Shown in pieces: positions 12,803 through 25,878 of a stretch of 64,000 bases of DNA (the first letter of the stretch is position 1; each line of letters begins with the position of its first letter). The position numbers and the translations under genes are program-made. Where the stretch lies: assembly GCA_964016885.1 (NCBI GenBank), contig OZ024763.1, positions 23,808,001 to 23,872,000 of the forward strand, given 5' to 3'. Origin of the DNA: Eledone cirrhosa. Lineage: Eukaryota. The notes under the pieces were generated by a model. The model was not told where the DNA came from. It saw only the letters and a program-made list of their open reading frames with translations, and did no database searches.

Positions 12803-13033
12803 ATGTTACATAATTTCAGCAGCTGTTTATTGTTTTAAATATGTGTGTGTGTATGTATATAAATATATATATATATATACATACATATATACATACATCT
12901 ATACACACACATATATATATATATACATATATTTATAAATATATTTATAAATACATATATTTATATATATGTGTGTATGTATGTGTGTGTGTGTTTATGT
13001 TACATAATTTCAGCAGCTGTTTATTGTTTTAAA
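12600..13033. repeat. Tandem duplication of a ~236-bp microsatellite-rich unit
   Basis: ttatgttacataatttcagcagctgtttattgttttaaata occurs at 12801 and ~12995 with identical upstream TA patterns. Confidence 0.85.
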
Positions 13034-13147
13034 TAAATAGAAATTGCTTTAAATTCATGTATATATAAAACTTACACAAAAATTACCCATAATTGCTAAA
13101 TGTATATATATATATACATATGTATGTATATGTGTGTGTGTGTCTGC

Positions 13148-13244
<97 letters not shown>

Positions 13245-13624
13245 CATAAAACTAAAAGGATCTAAGGGGAGATAACTCAAAGTAGCTAGTGTCATTAATT
13301 TAATAAGAAAACGAATTGGATGTGTAGTGAATACGCTACAGGATAATTTCTTAATTTATATAAATTTCTCCCATGAAAAGCGATGTATAGAACGAAGAGG
13401 TAATGTAATAGTTTACGTTTGAGCGTCTAAGAAAAAAAGGACATGGACAGCAATGGACACCGTGATTCTAAATCTGTATGACCTCATCAGGATAATATTA
13501 TGCTAAATCATTCCCGATTAGTTTTAGACAAATTAAAAGGGTGTTTAGAGGATGTGAATAATTGCAAAAAGTTTTCGTTCTTCTTCTCTCCCTCTCTCTC
13601 TCTATCTAATAATATATTTCTCAT

Positions 13625-13670
13625 TCAATCATCTGATGAAGGATGAGTGTCCGAAACGTAAAAACTCTTT
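13625..13670 (+). ncRNA. Hammerhead-like motif with poor stem I
   Basis: CTGATGA-AGGA tgagtg TCC-GAAA-CG-TA; host segment ends in (TA)n at ~13747. Confidence 0.55.
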
Positions 13671-13746
13671 TCTTACTATATAAAACGTTAATATGTCACT
13701 TCGTTGTACTGTGATGTTTGCTTTCTTGTTTCCGTTTACGTTTTGG

Positions 13747-13782
<36 letters not shown>

Positions 13783-14670
13783 TTCGTTTCTGAATTTGTT
13801 TAGCAAGATTCTTTATCTGAAAACGTGTGTTGAAACTGATATTGTTATACTTTGGGAGGGTGATGTTGCCAATAAGAAACACACGCACCAGTTGCTTTTA
13901 CTTCAATTTATCATAATAAATTTATAAATTTAGGAATTTATAAATTTCCGGTTGGTTGGTTGGTTCCACAACCAGATGGTTGTTTATATATTGTCAAAGT
14001 TCTTTCGTTACACATTCTGTGACCTCTTCAGTGACTGGGATTCTTTTCTTTGTTTTTTTTTTTGTTTTTTTTTTGTGCCTCTCCTTTGTTCTGTCCTACG
14101 CCCGCCATCTTGTTTTTGTGTGTGTGTTGTGTGCTTAGTTTGCGCATGTTTTACATCCGGGTGTCTGTATGTGTGTTTATATTCGTTTATTTATTTGTTT
14201 ATTTACATGTTACTGGTTGGTTGTTTGTTCTATGTGCGTGTGTGTTTTCATTTTGTCCTTAATTGTAAGTTGTGATGTTGCTGTTCCACTCATGTTTTCT
14301 ATTTAATTTTGGTTGTAATTCATTTATGTTTATTGTCTCTGTGATTTGTCTAAACATTGCGTCTTTTCTGTGTGTAGATTCTATTTTTATTTCTATGTTC
14401 TCTAATTTACCCTTATGTTCTATTTTAGCATGTTGGTAGAGTACAGATGATTCTTTACTATCTTGAATGTCTCGCCAGTGTTCATTTATCCGTTCCCCTA
14501 TACTACGAGCTGTCTCACCTATGTACACTATATTTTTATCTCTACATTGTCCTTCAGTACATCTTATGTTATATACTACATTTCTAGTATTACAGTTAAT
14601 ATGGGGGCTTAATTTACAGATTATACATTTCTTATCTATATCTATACAGGGAGGTCTTTGAAAAGTACAC
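13783..14670 (-). mobile_element. 5'-truncated Penelope-like retroelement (Neptune-like) inserted in (TA)n
   Basis: GIY-YIG C-terminus, then a 3' region with a sense hammerhead, terminating ...cagaaacgaa-(ta)n; the same terminus recurs at 43439-43737. Confidence 0.88.
13993..14035 (-). ncRNA. Hammerhead ribozyme in the pLTR of the Penelope-like element
   Basis: Minus strand: GTCA-CTGAAGA-GGTCACA gaa TGTGTAAC-GAAA-GAAC-TT-TGAC. Confidence 0.75.
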
Positions 14671-14699
14671 TTAATCAATGTACACTTAAACCCCACCAC
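14259..14699 (-). pseudogene. GIY-YIG endonuclease domain (C-terminal remnant of a Penelope-like RT-EN polyprotein)
   Basis: C-x5-C-x2-C linker, then NVVYNIRC..C...VYIGETARSIGERINEH...LYQH...RQITETINI...PKLN; the RT domain is absent (5' truncation). Confidence 0.9.
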
Positions 14700-15297
14700 C
14701 TGTCAAACTTCCCATTGGTCAGTTTTGAGAGCATTCCTCAGTCAGAACTCTATAGAATTCTTTCTGGGGTGAGGCTCCCTGTAGTGTTTGTGTTTGCTAT
14801 TGTTTGACACTTTTTTTGTTATTTTGTTCCTTTACCACCTTGTTCCTTCTACCACTTTATCAATTTTTTAAGCTAACTCCAACAATAACAACACTTAGAA
14901 TGAGGAATGTTCTAACAACTGACCAATGAGTGGAGAAGAGGCCCTTTGACACTGAAATTCGTTTGTTTGAATTCATATGATTCCAGTTCCTCAGAGAAAT
15001 AACAACCTAACCAGGAACTGGACATATCAGAGTATTGACAAAATTATACACCTCAACAACATATGCACTTGTCTATACCACACTAATTCGGACTGCCTGA
15101 AGAGATCACAGCCAAAGATGGCTGTCACTGAAATATATATAGTAGTTATATATAAACGAAGCTAAATTTTAAACATTTGATTTTTTATTTAACTTTATTT
15201 TACATTACTCCGGAGTAACCAAACCAACCTGCACACTTCGTCGAGTGCTCCAGCCTGCATACTGAGGTGTTGGTATATAACCAACATATACTCAAAA

Positions 15298-15335
<38 letters not shown>

Positions 15336-15427
15336 GAATGTAAACAAACAAAGATGGTAAAGCAACGAAAAGTGAGGAAGAACGAGTCAAGTCCCAGATT
15401 TCCATATATATATATAAATCATACATG

Positions 15428-15495
<68 letters not shown>

Positions 15496-15709
15496 ATTTA
15501 TATATATATGGAAATCTGGGACTTGAGTCGTTCTTCCTCACTTTTCGTTGCTTTACCATCTTTGTTTGTTTACACTCTCGCTCGTTCCCCTTATTTACGT
15601 GTCCCAATGACTTTCTTTAGCCGTTGTCGCACCAACCTGAGGTATATGGTCTTTAAAGCGATAAAATACCAATGATGGTTGGAAGATCACTGATGAAGGA
15701 CTAACTTTA

Positions 15710-15713
<4 letters not shown>
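15336..15713. mobile_element. Short repeat family Q with an inverted duplication around a (TA)n tract
   Basis: 15336-15410 is the reverse complement of 15507-15579; the terminus gaagatcactgatgaaggactaactttattca-(ta)n is shared with 27167-27303 and 30900-31343. Confidence 0.8.
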
Positions 15714-15751
<38 letters not shown>

Positions 15752-16323
15752 CATATATACATGTATGATTTATATATATATACATATATACATGTATGAT
15801 TTATATATATATATGTATTGTATACATCTCTGTGTGTGTATAATTTGTATATATACAATATATATATATGTAGATGTGGTTCTGTATATAAAATAAATAT
15901 AAACACAGCTGTCTGGACCCACAACTTCCGCCCTCTTCACCATGCTCCCAACCCCACCCGCACCACCACAACCCTGTCATATCCCTCTTCATATACCCAA
16001 ACCTTTTTACTACTCAGCTCCATCCAAGCACGCTCCACCACCCGAAACCTCCCCAAGCCAACCCGGTATATACTTACGAACGCATTATCCGCCCTAGAAA
16101 CAACCAAGGCACCAACAGTCTGAGGAAGGGGTGAGACTCTACCTCTCCCCCTACCCTCTTCGCACCCCTTACACTACTCACCACGCCATCCCCCCAATTT
16201 CCTTCATACCAAAGCCCATTAGTCTTGCTCCCATCCTCGACCTCCACCTGCTCCCTACCCTAGTTGTGCTGTCATCTCCCCCCACCCCTATCTAACCACA
16301 CCCACACAGGAAGGGGTACTTTG

Positions 16324-16368
<45 letters not shown>

Positions 16369-16534
16369 CACAAACACACACACGCACATATATATATATA
16401 TATTAACTTTACTGATATCATGAGTAAGGAAATCTTACTCATAAACATACACACGTATATATGTTTATATATGTATATATATATGTGTATATATATAATA
16501 TATATATGTGTATATATATATATATATGTGTGTA

Positions 16535-16684
<150 letters not shown>

Positions 16685-16685
16685 G

Positions 16686-16740
<55 letters not shown>

Positions 16741-16897
16741 ATATATATATATACATATATATATGTTGTATATGTTGGTGTATGTTATATATATATATAT
16801 ATATATATATATAACACATACACCAACACATACGACACAAAAAACACACATACATTCCCACACACACTGCTTGTTTATAAAGTGGCACGTGCCTGAG

Positions 16898-17062
16898 AAG
16901 GTGGTGGTGGTGGTGAAGATGGCATGTATGATGATGGTGGTGGTGGTGGTGATAGGTGCGGTGGCGATGGTGATGATGGTAACGAGATATAGTGACTTTA
17001 GTGTTGGTGATGGTGGTGATAGTTGTGGTGGTGGTGGTGGTCGTGGTGGTGGTGATGGTGGT

Positions 17063-17095
<33 letters not shown>

Positions 17096-17590
17096 GTGGT
17101 GGTGCTGGTGATGGTAACGAGAGATGGTGACTTTAGTGTTGGTGATGGTGGTGATAGTTGTGGTGGTGGTGGTGGTCGTGGTGGTGGTGATGGTGGTGAT
17201 GGTGGTGGTGGTGGTGGTGGTGGTGGTGGTGGTAGGTGTGGTGGTGCTGGTGATAGTAACGAGAGATGGTGACTTTAGTGTTGGTGAGGGTGGTGGAGGT
17301 ATTATGATGGTGGTGGTTCTTGTAGTGGTGGTTGTGGTACTGTTAGTAGTAGTGGTGGTGGTGGTTGTAGCAGTGGTGGTGGTACTGGTAGTAGTAGTGC
17401 TGGTACTGTTAGTAGTAGTGGTGGTGGTGGTTGTAGCAGTGGTGGTGGTCGTGGTTGTAGTGGTGGTGGTACTGGTAGTGGTACTGGTAGTAGTAGTGGT
17501 GGTGGTGGTTGTAGTGGTGGTGGTAGTGGTACTGTTAGTAGTAGTGGTGGTGGTGGTGGTAGTGGTACTGTTAGTAGTAGTAGTAATAGA
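16898..17590. repeat. (GGT)n/(GTA)n repeat with internal duplicated units
   Basis: gtaacgagagatggtgactttagtgttggtga occurs three times. Confidence 0.85.
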
Positions 17591-17870
17591 GTTGGTGGAG
17601 CCGGTTGTGTGTTACTAATGGGCGTTGCCGGTGTGTTGACGTAGTTTGTGATACGGAATCCACCCGTTGATTGAGAAACAAGACCAGGAGACTCCAGACG
17701 GAGGGTAGGGGGCAGATACGGGTGGGTGGTACCTGATTGTTGTGCACATCATGTTAGGGGCGTTGGGTGCAGACGTCTACCTGATTTACAACGAGCCCCA
17801 TATATATATGTGTGTGTGTATGTGTAAAAGGTAAACAAATAACAACACAATCGGTACAGTATAAGGGGGG

Positions 17871-17906
17871 TCTTAACGTTTCGGACGCTAGTCCTTCATC
17901 AGAAGA
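17871..17906 (-). ncRNA. Minimal hammerhead ribozyme
   Basis: Minus strand: TCTT-CTGATGA-AGGAC tagc GTCC-GAAA-CG-TT-AAGA. Confidence 0.85.
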
Positions 17907-18049
17907 AAGAATGAGAAATAAGATACATTGAAGGGACGGGCGGGTTGGAATTGGAAAAAATGTCTATATATATATATATATATATATAAAATACAATATG
18001 TTGAAAAGGTAACACACCAGAGAGAGATATATAGTGCGTTATCAATAAT

Positions 18050-18182
18050 TGTTTCTACTTTAGGCACAAGGCCAGCAACTACCCAGTGCCTTACTGGTAC
18101 TTTATTTTATCGACCCCGTAAGGATGAAAGGCAAAGTCAACCTCGGCGGGATTTGAACTCAGATCGTAAAGGGACGTGATCG
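18050..18182 (-). mobile_element. 5'-truncated family S SINE with a 20-bp target-site duplication
   Basis: tatagtgcgttatcaataat at 18030-18049 and 18183-18202; the empty site is visible in the opposite arm. Confidence 0.92.
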
Positions 18183-18315
18183 TATAGTGCGTTATCAATA
18201 ATACAGGGAAAAAAACCACCAGTGTATGGAATCTATAACCTATGAAAGGCAGACTATAGACACGATAATTAAAAATATAAATTAAAGCGTAAATAAATAC
18301 CTCTATAACTATATA

Positions 18316-18395
18316 ACACACGTACAAATCCAAAGATATGTTTCACCAAAAATTTGTTGAAAGAAATGGTCTAGTCTCGGTTCATCAGCGTGTAT
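18316..18395 (-). ncRNA. Type I hammerhead ribozyme with long stems II and III
   Basis: Minus strand: ATACACG-CTGATGA-ACCGAGA..TTTTGGT-GAAA-CATATC tttg GATTTG-TA-CGTGTGT. Confidence 0.75.
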
Positions 18396-18979
18396 AAGGC
18401 TATACATTTCAGACAACACTAAGAGAATTTTAAAATTGACTGTCCAGCTACACGCGGGAGAGAGAAGTCACAACGTGTTTAAGGGCAGTGAACCAGTGGC
18501 CTCTGAGGGACGAACTGCTAGAAAGTGCAGCCCAAAGCCACTCAGAGAAGTGTGCTCAACCAAACAGAGATAGGAAAGACTGTTATTAGGAGCGAAATAT
18601 CACGATAGCCTTACACACGCGACTAGACCATTTCTTTCAACAAATTTTTGGTGAAACATATCTTGGATTTGTACGTATGTTATATAGTTATAGAGGTATT
18701 TATTTACGCTTTAATTTATATTTTTAATTATCGTGTCTATAGTCTGCCTTTCATAGGTTATAGATTCCATACACTGGTGGTTTTTTCCCTGTATTATTGA
18801 TAACGCACTATATATCTCTCTCTGGTGTGTTACCTTCTCAACATATTGTATTTTAAAGAGCTCAGGATCTCTTCTCCTTTGAGCACATTATTTACAGGGA
18901 ATAGCGAGGGTCTATGCCTCCGTTAATTTATCGTGATATATATATATATAATTCCATGTATACTAGCCTACCCTATTCA

Positions 18980-19185
18980 TGCCACCGATGTTGTCCAAGG
19001 GAAAGGCAATGGTTGATACAGCTTGGCACCAGTGACGTTGCAACTCATTTCGACAGCTGAGTAAACTGGAGGAACGGGAAATGAAGTGTCTTCATCAAAG
19101 ACACAACGCGTCACCCGGTTCGAGAATCAAACTCCCAACCTTTCGATTGCAAGCCCAATGCTCTAACCACTAAGCCATGCACCCT
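18980..19185 (-). mobile_element. Second tRNA-derived SINE family (CORE-like body)
   Basis: Minus strand begins gcatggcttagtggttagagcatt (A box) ...gagtttgattctc (B-box-like), then gttgtgtctttgatgaagacacttcatttc. Confidence 0.75.
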
Positions 19186-19605
19186 CATACTTATAAGCCT
19201 AGCAATAACCCTAACACTTAATACTAACCCTAAAACTAACGTAATACTAACACTTAACTTAATGCTAAGCCTAAAACTTCACTTAATACTAAGTCTAACA
19301 CTTAATTTAATAGTAACCTTAACACTGAAATGTTTATTAAAAGTCTGTCCCATGTCCAGAGAATCAGCAGGTCGGAGAAGAACTCAGGTTTGGTTGGTGT
19401 TAAGCACTCTCCTCCCTCTTGGATAGAAAACTAGTCCCTCGCAGAGATAACTCCCACAACTGTTGCTGTTATTGCTGCTGCTATTCAATTATTTCAGTTC
19501 AGTGAACCCTAAGGATAACGATTGTGTTAAACTAACCCTATTATAAGCAAATATGATTATATATATATATATATATACGTGGATGCGTATATACATAAAC
19601 GTGGT

Positions 19606-19668
<63 letters not shown>

Positions 19669-19676
19669 TTATGCGT

Positions 19677-19717
<41 letters not shown>

Positions 19718-19850
19718 AGAGAGAGAGAGAGAGAGAGAAGTAGAAAAAGAGCGCAAAGCGATAATACATCAAAAACAGCTGTAACAAATCTCAGAACACA
19801 TACAAACATATATATATATATATGTACATACATATATGCATATACACACG

Positions 19851-19895
<45 letters not shown>

Positions 19896-20069
19896 TTATA
19901 TATACATATATATACACATACAGGAAGGTGAAAAATAAATAAAGACTAAGTAATGAATATTTATGTATATATATATTATATATATATGCATATACACATA
20001 TATATATACACACATAAATATATATATACACACACACACACATATAAATATATATATACACACTCATAA

Positions 20070-20102
<33 letters not shown>

Positions 20103-20619
20103 TAAATATATATATATATATATATACACACACGTGTATATATATATATATATATATATATACACGTGTATGTATATATATATATATATATTTATGTGTG
20201 TGTATATATATATATGTGTGTGTATATATATATATATTTATATGTGTGTGTGTGTATATATATATATATTTATATGTGTGTGTGTGTATATATATATATA
20301 TACGTGTATATATACACGATGAATCAAAAGAAAAAAGGGAGAAAACGGAGAAATAGAGGAGAGAGAAAAAAAAACAACTGTAAATGTTTTAATTGAAACA
20401 AGATGTCCGACTGGCTAAGATCAACTGTCACGTGGCTTGTGGTAGCCACGTGCCAGTTCGCTCGTATCTTCAGAGCGAGGCTGCTGATAAGAGTATGTCG
20501 GAATGGCAGTGTATGTGTGTGGGGTTGGGACATTACATACAGTATGGAATATATGTGGGAGCAGGGCTAAGGGTCAGATACAGAGGTGATGGTGTTCGTG
20601 GCGTGGTGGATGGTAATTA

Positions 20620-21362
20620 CGGTGGTGGCGCGGTGGTGGTGGTGCTGGTGCTGTAGTGGTGGTGGTGTGGTGGTGGCGTGAAGTTGTGGTGGTGGCGTGA
20701 AGTGGTGGTGGTTGCATGGAGGCGGTTGTGTGGTGGTGGTGGTGGCGTGGTAGTGGCTGTGGCATGGTGGTGGTGGTGAGGTGGCCTTCTTCTGCTTTTT
20801 CTTTCTAACTCTTTCCCCTTCCTTCCCCCACCCCACGCACTTCTCGCTCACCCTCTCATTGCGATCGTTGATTGTTTCACGTTCTTACGGAGGATGTAGA
20901 GATAAAACGGTTAGGATGGTAGTCGTAGTGGTGGCTGTGGTAGTGGTGGTAGTGGTGGCTGTGGTAGTAGTGGTAGTGGTGATAGTGGTAGTGGTGGTGG
21001 TGGACGTGGTAGTGGGGTATAGTAGTGGTGATGGTGGTAGTGTTGGTAGTGGTGGTGGTAGTGGTAGTGGGGGTGTGGTAGTGGTGGTAGTGTTGGTAGT
21101 GGTGGTGGTGGTAGTGGTGGTAGTGGTGATGGTGGTAGTGGTGATGGTGGTAGTGTTGGTAGTGGTGGTGGTGGTGGACGTGGTAGTGGTGGTGGTGGTA
21201 GTGGTGATGGTGGTGGTGTTGGTAGTGGTGGTGGTGGACGTGGTAGTGGTAGTAGGGGTGTGGTAGTGATTGACGTGCTGGTAGTGGTGGTAGTGGTAGT
21301 GGTGGTATAGTAGTGGTTGGCGTGCTGGTATGGTAGTGGTCGTAGTGGTGGACGTGGTTGTA
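20620..21362. repeat. (GGT)n/(GTA)n repeats
   Basis: Directly visible. Confidence 0.85.
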
Positions 21363-21409
21363 GATCAAACGTGAATACATAAACACACATTTGTATCTAT
21401 GCACATATA

Positions 21410-21507
21410 TAGGATGTCCCTCAAAAATGTATACATACTTCTACAACATTCTAATAAATATTGCCAGTACACGTAATGAAAGTGTGTATACATTTTTTGG
21501 GACACCC

Positions 21508-21509
<2 letters not shown>
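21410..21509. mobile_element. ~100-bp Tc1/mariner-like MITE
   Basis: ~30-bp imperfect TIRs taggatgtccctcaaaaatgtatacatact / agtgtgtatacattttttgggacaccctg, in TA/TG dinucleotide context. Confidence 0.7.
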
Positions 21510-21555
<46 letters not shown>

Positions 21556-21681
21556 GGTGGGTGTATGTACCAGTGTTTATGTCTTCGTATATGTGTGTGT
21601 GTGTGTATATATATATACATACCTGTGAGTGTAAATGCATGTCTTCATGTGTATGTGTGTATGTATATATATATATATCTA

Positions 21682-21726
<45 letters not shown>

Positions 21727-22552
21727 CTGTGTATGTATGTGCCTCACTCTCACACACAGGTATATATATATTTATATATACCTGTGTGTGAGAGTGTGTG
21801 TGTGTATATGTGAGTGTGAACCAGAGAGAAATATGAGTGTGTGTGTGTGTGTGCGTGCGCGCGTCCAGATGTGAAATATGTATCAAAAGAAATCATCTGA
21901 AAAACCTATTAGTTGAGATACTTCCTGTAATCTGAAGAGGAAGTGTTGCGATATCTAAAAATACCGGGCAAGGGAGATCACTCCAACAATACCAATTAAT
22001 CTAAAGGCTCGTGTGACGAGAACAGTCAGTATAGTGTGGGTGGGTGGAGATTAGCTGATAGCCATCGTAAACATCAACACCAAAAAAATGAGGCTGCTAG
22101 TATTTTGTTGAAAGATGGGTGAGAGAGGCAAGCATGGTCCGAGTGAATGGGTCTACTCTGAGTATGTGTCTGTAAATTGAAGGTGGAAAACTGGGAGAGG
22201 GCACTTGACCTGGTGGTCAGGGTCACCGTGGCCTTTTAATGGGCTTTCTCCACGAATGTCCCTCGGAAGTCTCCCCCCTATTGGGGAATTTTTAATTGTT
22301 TCTTTTTTTGTTACATCCTCTGGTTTTTTTGGTTTTTTTACACGCAGAAATGCCCATTTGTACCGTCCTGTGCTGTCCTGTACTGTCCTTAACGTCTACT
22401 TTATGTAAACCCTTGTGGTTAATAAAGAAAGCATTATTATTATTATTAGTAGTAGTAATAGTAGTAGTGTTGCAATAAAGTACCAGTGAATTACTGGGGG
22501 AGGCGGGAGGCCAATCTATACAACTATCCCTTCCTCCAGCATTAGAAACCAC

Positions 22553-23335
22553 AGTCTCGGTAGAGCGTCAGACACCATGCTTTGCAGCATAGAGTTATGA
22601 CCCTTTACACCTTGAGTTCAAATCCCGTCGAGGTTAACTTTGCCTTTCATCCTTACGGGATCGATAAAATAAAGTACCAGTAATGTACTGGGCGATTGCT
22701 GGCCTTGTGCCAAAAGTAGAAACAATTATTATTTGCATTGGCAGTATCGGTAGAGAGTCGGAGACTATTCCTTGCAGCATAGAGTTATGGCTCTTTACGC
22801 CTTGAGTTCAAATATCACCCAGTTTAGCTTTGCCTTTCGTCCTTACGGGGTCGACATAATAAAGTACCAGTAATGCACTGGGGTCGATTTAATCAACTTA
22901 CCCCCCTCTCTACATATTGCTGGCCTTGTCCTTATACTAGAAATCATTATTATTATTATTATCATTCAGGGCGCTGGATTGGCAGTATCGGTAGAGGGTC
23001 GGACGCCATGCTTTGCAGCATAGAGTTACGTCCCTTGCCATTCTGAGTTCAAATCCCGCCGAGGTTAACTTTGCCTTTCATTCATCGATAAAATTAAGTA
23101 CCAGTAATACACTGGGTTAATTGCTGGCCTTGTGCCAATAGCAGAAACAATTATAATTATGTTTTATGACATATGGTTATGGCCCTTTGCGACCCGCCGA
23201 GGTTAACTTTACCTTTCATCCTTACGAGGTCCACAAAATAAAGTACCAGTAATAGACCGGAGTCGATTTAATCGAGCCCCCCCCCCCCCATATTGCTGGC
23301 CTTGTGCCTATAGTAGAAAACATTATTATTATTAT
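22553..23335 (+). mobile_element. Tandem cluster of four family S SINE copies
   Basis: Copies start near 22553, 22735, 22968 and 23170, each ending gaaac(a)attatt. Confidence 0.9.
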
Positions 23336-23405
23336 TGTTGTTGTTGCTGATCGTGATTGATGTCCTGTTCCAAACTGAACTATTCCTGAAGATTCCTCTG
23401 TATTG

Positions 23406-23408
<3 letters not shown>

Positions 23409-23459
<51 letters not shown>

Positions 23460-23502
23460 CTGTGTATGTATGTGCCTCCCTCTCTCACACAGTCTCTCTC
23501 TC

Positions 23503-23539
<37 letters not shown>

Positions 23540-23582
23540 CTGTGTATGTATGTGCCTCCCTCTCTCACACAGTCTCTCTCTC

Positions 23583-23619
<37 letters not shown>

Positions 23620-24215
23620 CTGTGTATGTGTGTGCCTCCCTCTCTCACCCAGTCTCTCTCTCCCTTTCACACACACACACACCCACACGTTCTGTGTATG
23701 TATGTGCCTCCCTCTCTCACACAGTCTCTCTCCCTCTTTCACACACACACACACACACACGTTCTGTGTATGTATGTGCCTCCCTCTCCCACCCAGTCTC
23801 TCTCTCTCCCTCTCTAACACACACACACGTTCTGTGTATGTATGTGCCTCCCTCTCACACCCAGTCTCTCTCCCTCTCTCTCTCACACACACACACGTTC
23901 TGTGTATGTATGTGCCTCCCTCTCCCACCCAGTCTCTCTCCCTCTCTCTCTCACACACACACACGTTCTATGTATGTATGTGCCTCCCTCTCACACCCAG
24001 TCTCTCTCCCTCTCTCTCTCACACACACACACGTTCTGTGTATGTATGTGCCTCCCTCTCACACCCAGTCTCTCTCCCTCTCTCTCTCACACACACACAC
24101 GTTCTGTGTATGTATGTGCCTCCCTCTCACACCCAGTCTCTCTCCCTCTCTCTCTCACACACACACACGTTCTGTGTATGTATGTGCCTCCCTCTCACAC
24201 CCAGTCTCTCTCTCT
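23409..24215. repeat. ~55-80 bp minisatellite ((CA)n-cgttctgtgtatgtatgtgcctccctctc..cagtctctc)
   Basis: About 13 tandem units; a solitary related unit lies at ~21720. Confidence 0.9.
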
Positions 24216-25004
24216 ATCTCCCAGTCTCTCTGTTACTCTCACTTTTTTTCACAGTCACTTTCCCTGGCTCTCACTCTGTATGTGTGTGTGTCTCCCTCTC
24301 CCACGCTGTCTCAATCTCTCTCTCTAACTCTCTCTCTCTCTATATATATATATCTGTGTCTCTCTGTCTCTCTCTCTCTTATTCTCTCTATCTCTATGTC
24401 TGTGGTGTCTCTCACTCTCACCCTCGCTGCCTCTCTCTCTTTCACTCTCTCCCCCTCTCTCTCTCTTTTATTCTCTCTATCTCTGTGGTGTCTCTTTCTT
24501 ACACACACTCTCTCTTCCCTTCGATTATGTCATCAGAGATTGATCACATACAGATCCATAGGTCACACCTACACCCCCCCCCCTCCTAAAAAAACAACAA
24601 CAACAAAAAAGAACAACAAAACAACAACAAAACAACATCAAAAAACCCACAAAAATCAAAAACAAACAAACCAAACTTATCGATTTATTTGTTTTATTTG
24701 TATTCTCTATTTTCTGTTTTATTCTTATTGTTGTTGTTGTAGTTAGTTTTGTTATGTTCTTTGTTAAAAAACTAAAATTGTAATTAGTAAACCTGGTTTC
24801 CTGGTTTATATTGAGAGCAAGGTCAAGGTTGTAGTCATAGGTCAAAGGTCACTCATTCACTTCATCTTCCAAACATACATATTAAAATTTCGATATTAAA
24901 ATACGTAAATTGTAAATATCCTAAAGTATATATATGTGTGAGTGTGTGTGTGTGTATATATATATATGTGTGAGTGTATATATATATATGTGTGTGTGAG
25001 TGTG

Positions 25005-25037
<33 letters not shown>

Positions 25038-25044
25038 ACAGATG

Positions 25045-25082
<38 letters not shown>

Positions 25083-25145
25083 AAAGAACACAAGAGCGTC
25101 TACAACATCAACATTTTTTTATTGGCTTACAATGTTTCTTCCTTT

Positions 25146-25177
<32 letters not shown>

Positions 25178-25199
25178 AGTACGTGTATACACAGATATA

Positions 25200-25267
<68 letters not shown>

Positions 25268-25436
25268 AGTACTGTATATACAACACACACACAGAGCTAT
25301 ATATATACATATGTAGGAGGTGAGTTTTATTGTAGCACAATAAAGTAATGCAAATATCGGATAAGTAGCACTCAACAGTTTATAAGACTGGAGTATAAAT
25401 AATATAAAATCAAAAGATGGTTAAAAGAGTTCCATG

Positions 25437-25507
25437 TATTTTATTATGCGCATTTCAAAAACAAATATCATCATGGGATGATATTTGCGTTCTCATCAGA
25501 TAAAATA
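25437..25507 (-). ncRNA. Type I hammerhead ribozyme (family F relative) within a fold-back element (~25311-25643)
   Basis: Minus strand: TATTTTAT-CTGATGA-GAACGCAAATATCATC ccat GATGATATTTGTTTTT-GAAA-TGCGCA-TA-ATAAAATA. Confidence 0.88.
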
Positions 25508-25637
25508 GGGAGACATGATATGAAGCTTAAAAAACACTTGCGAGCAGTGAAGTGTTAAATCAACATATATTGATTTAACACTTCACTGCTCGCAAGTGTT
25601 TTTTATACATGGAACTCTTTTAACCATCTTTTGATTT

Positions 25638-25697
<60 letters not shown>

Positions 25698-25808
25698 ATA
25701 TATATACAATATATATATATATACAATATATATATATATTGTATATATATACACACACACACATATATATATATATTATATATATATATTGTATATATAT
25801 ACACACAC

Positions 25809-25841
<33 letters not shown>

Positions 25842-25878
25842 ATATTGTATATATATACACACACACACACACATATAT

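Larger units (their letters stand above)
17988..18854. mobile_element. Large fold-back element; left arm carries a hammerhead and a later SINE insertion
   Basis: 17988-18403 (excluding the SINE) is the reverse complement of 18605-18854; left end lies in (TA)n. Confidence 0.85.

Noticed and set aside
14712-14929. Imperfect ~28-bp inverted repeat containing CCAAT, as a MITE or promoter
   Set aside because: Too degenerate, no TSD and single occurrence; cannot be supported.
16120-16155. CTGAGGA/CTGATGA cores here and at 13481(-), 31503, 31536 and 37692
   Set aside because: No correctly placed GAAA or closing stems.
19200-19330. Interstitial telomeric repeat
   Set aside because: Only scattered taaccc-like words in a degenerate hexamer tract; no true (TTAGGG)n run.
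23409-24215. Repeat-spacer (CRISPR-like) pattern, also at 1590-2180 and 29070-29985
   Set aside because: The 'spacers' are only variable-length CA/CT/GA/TA runs.
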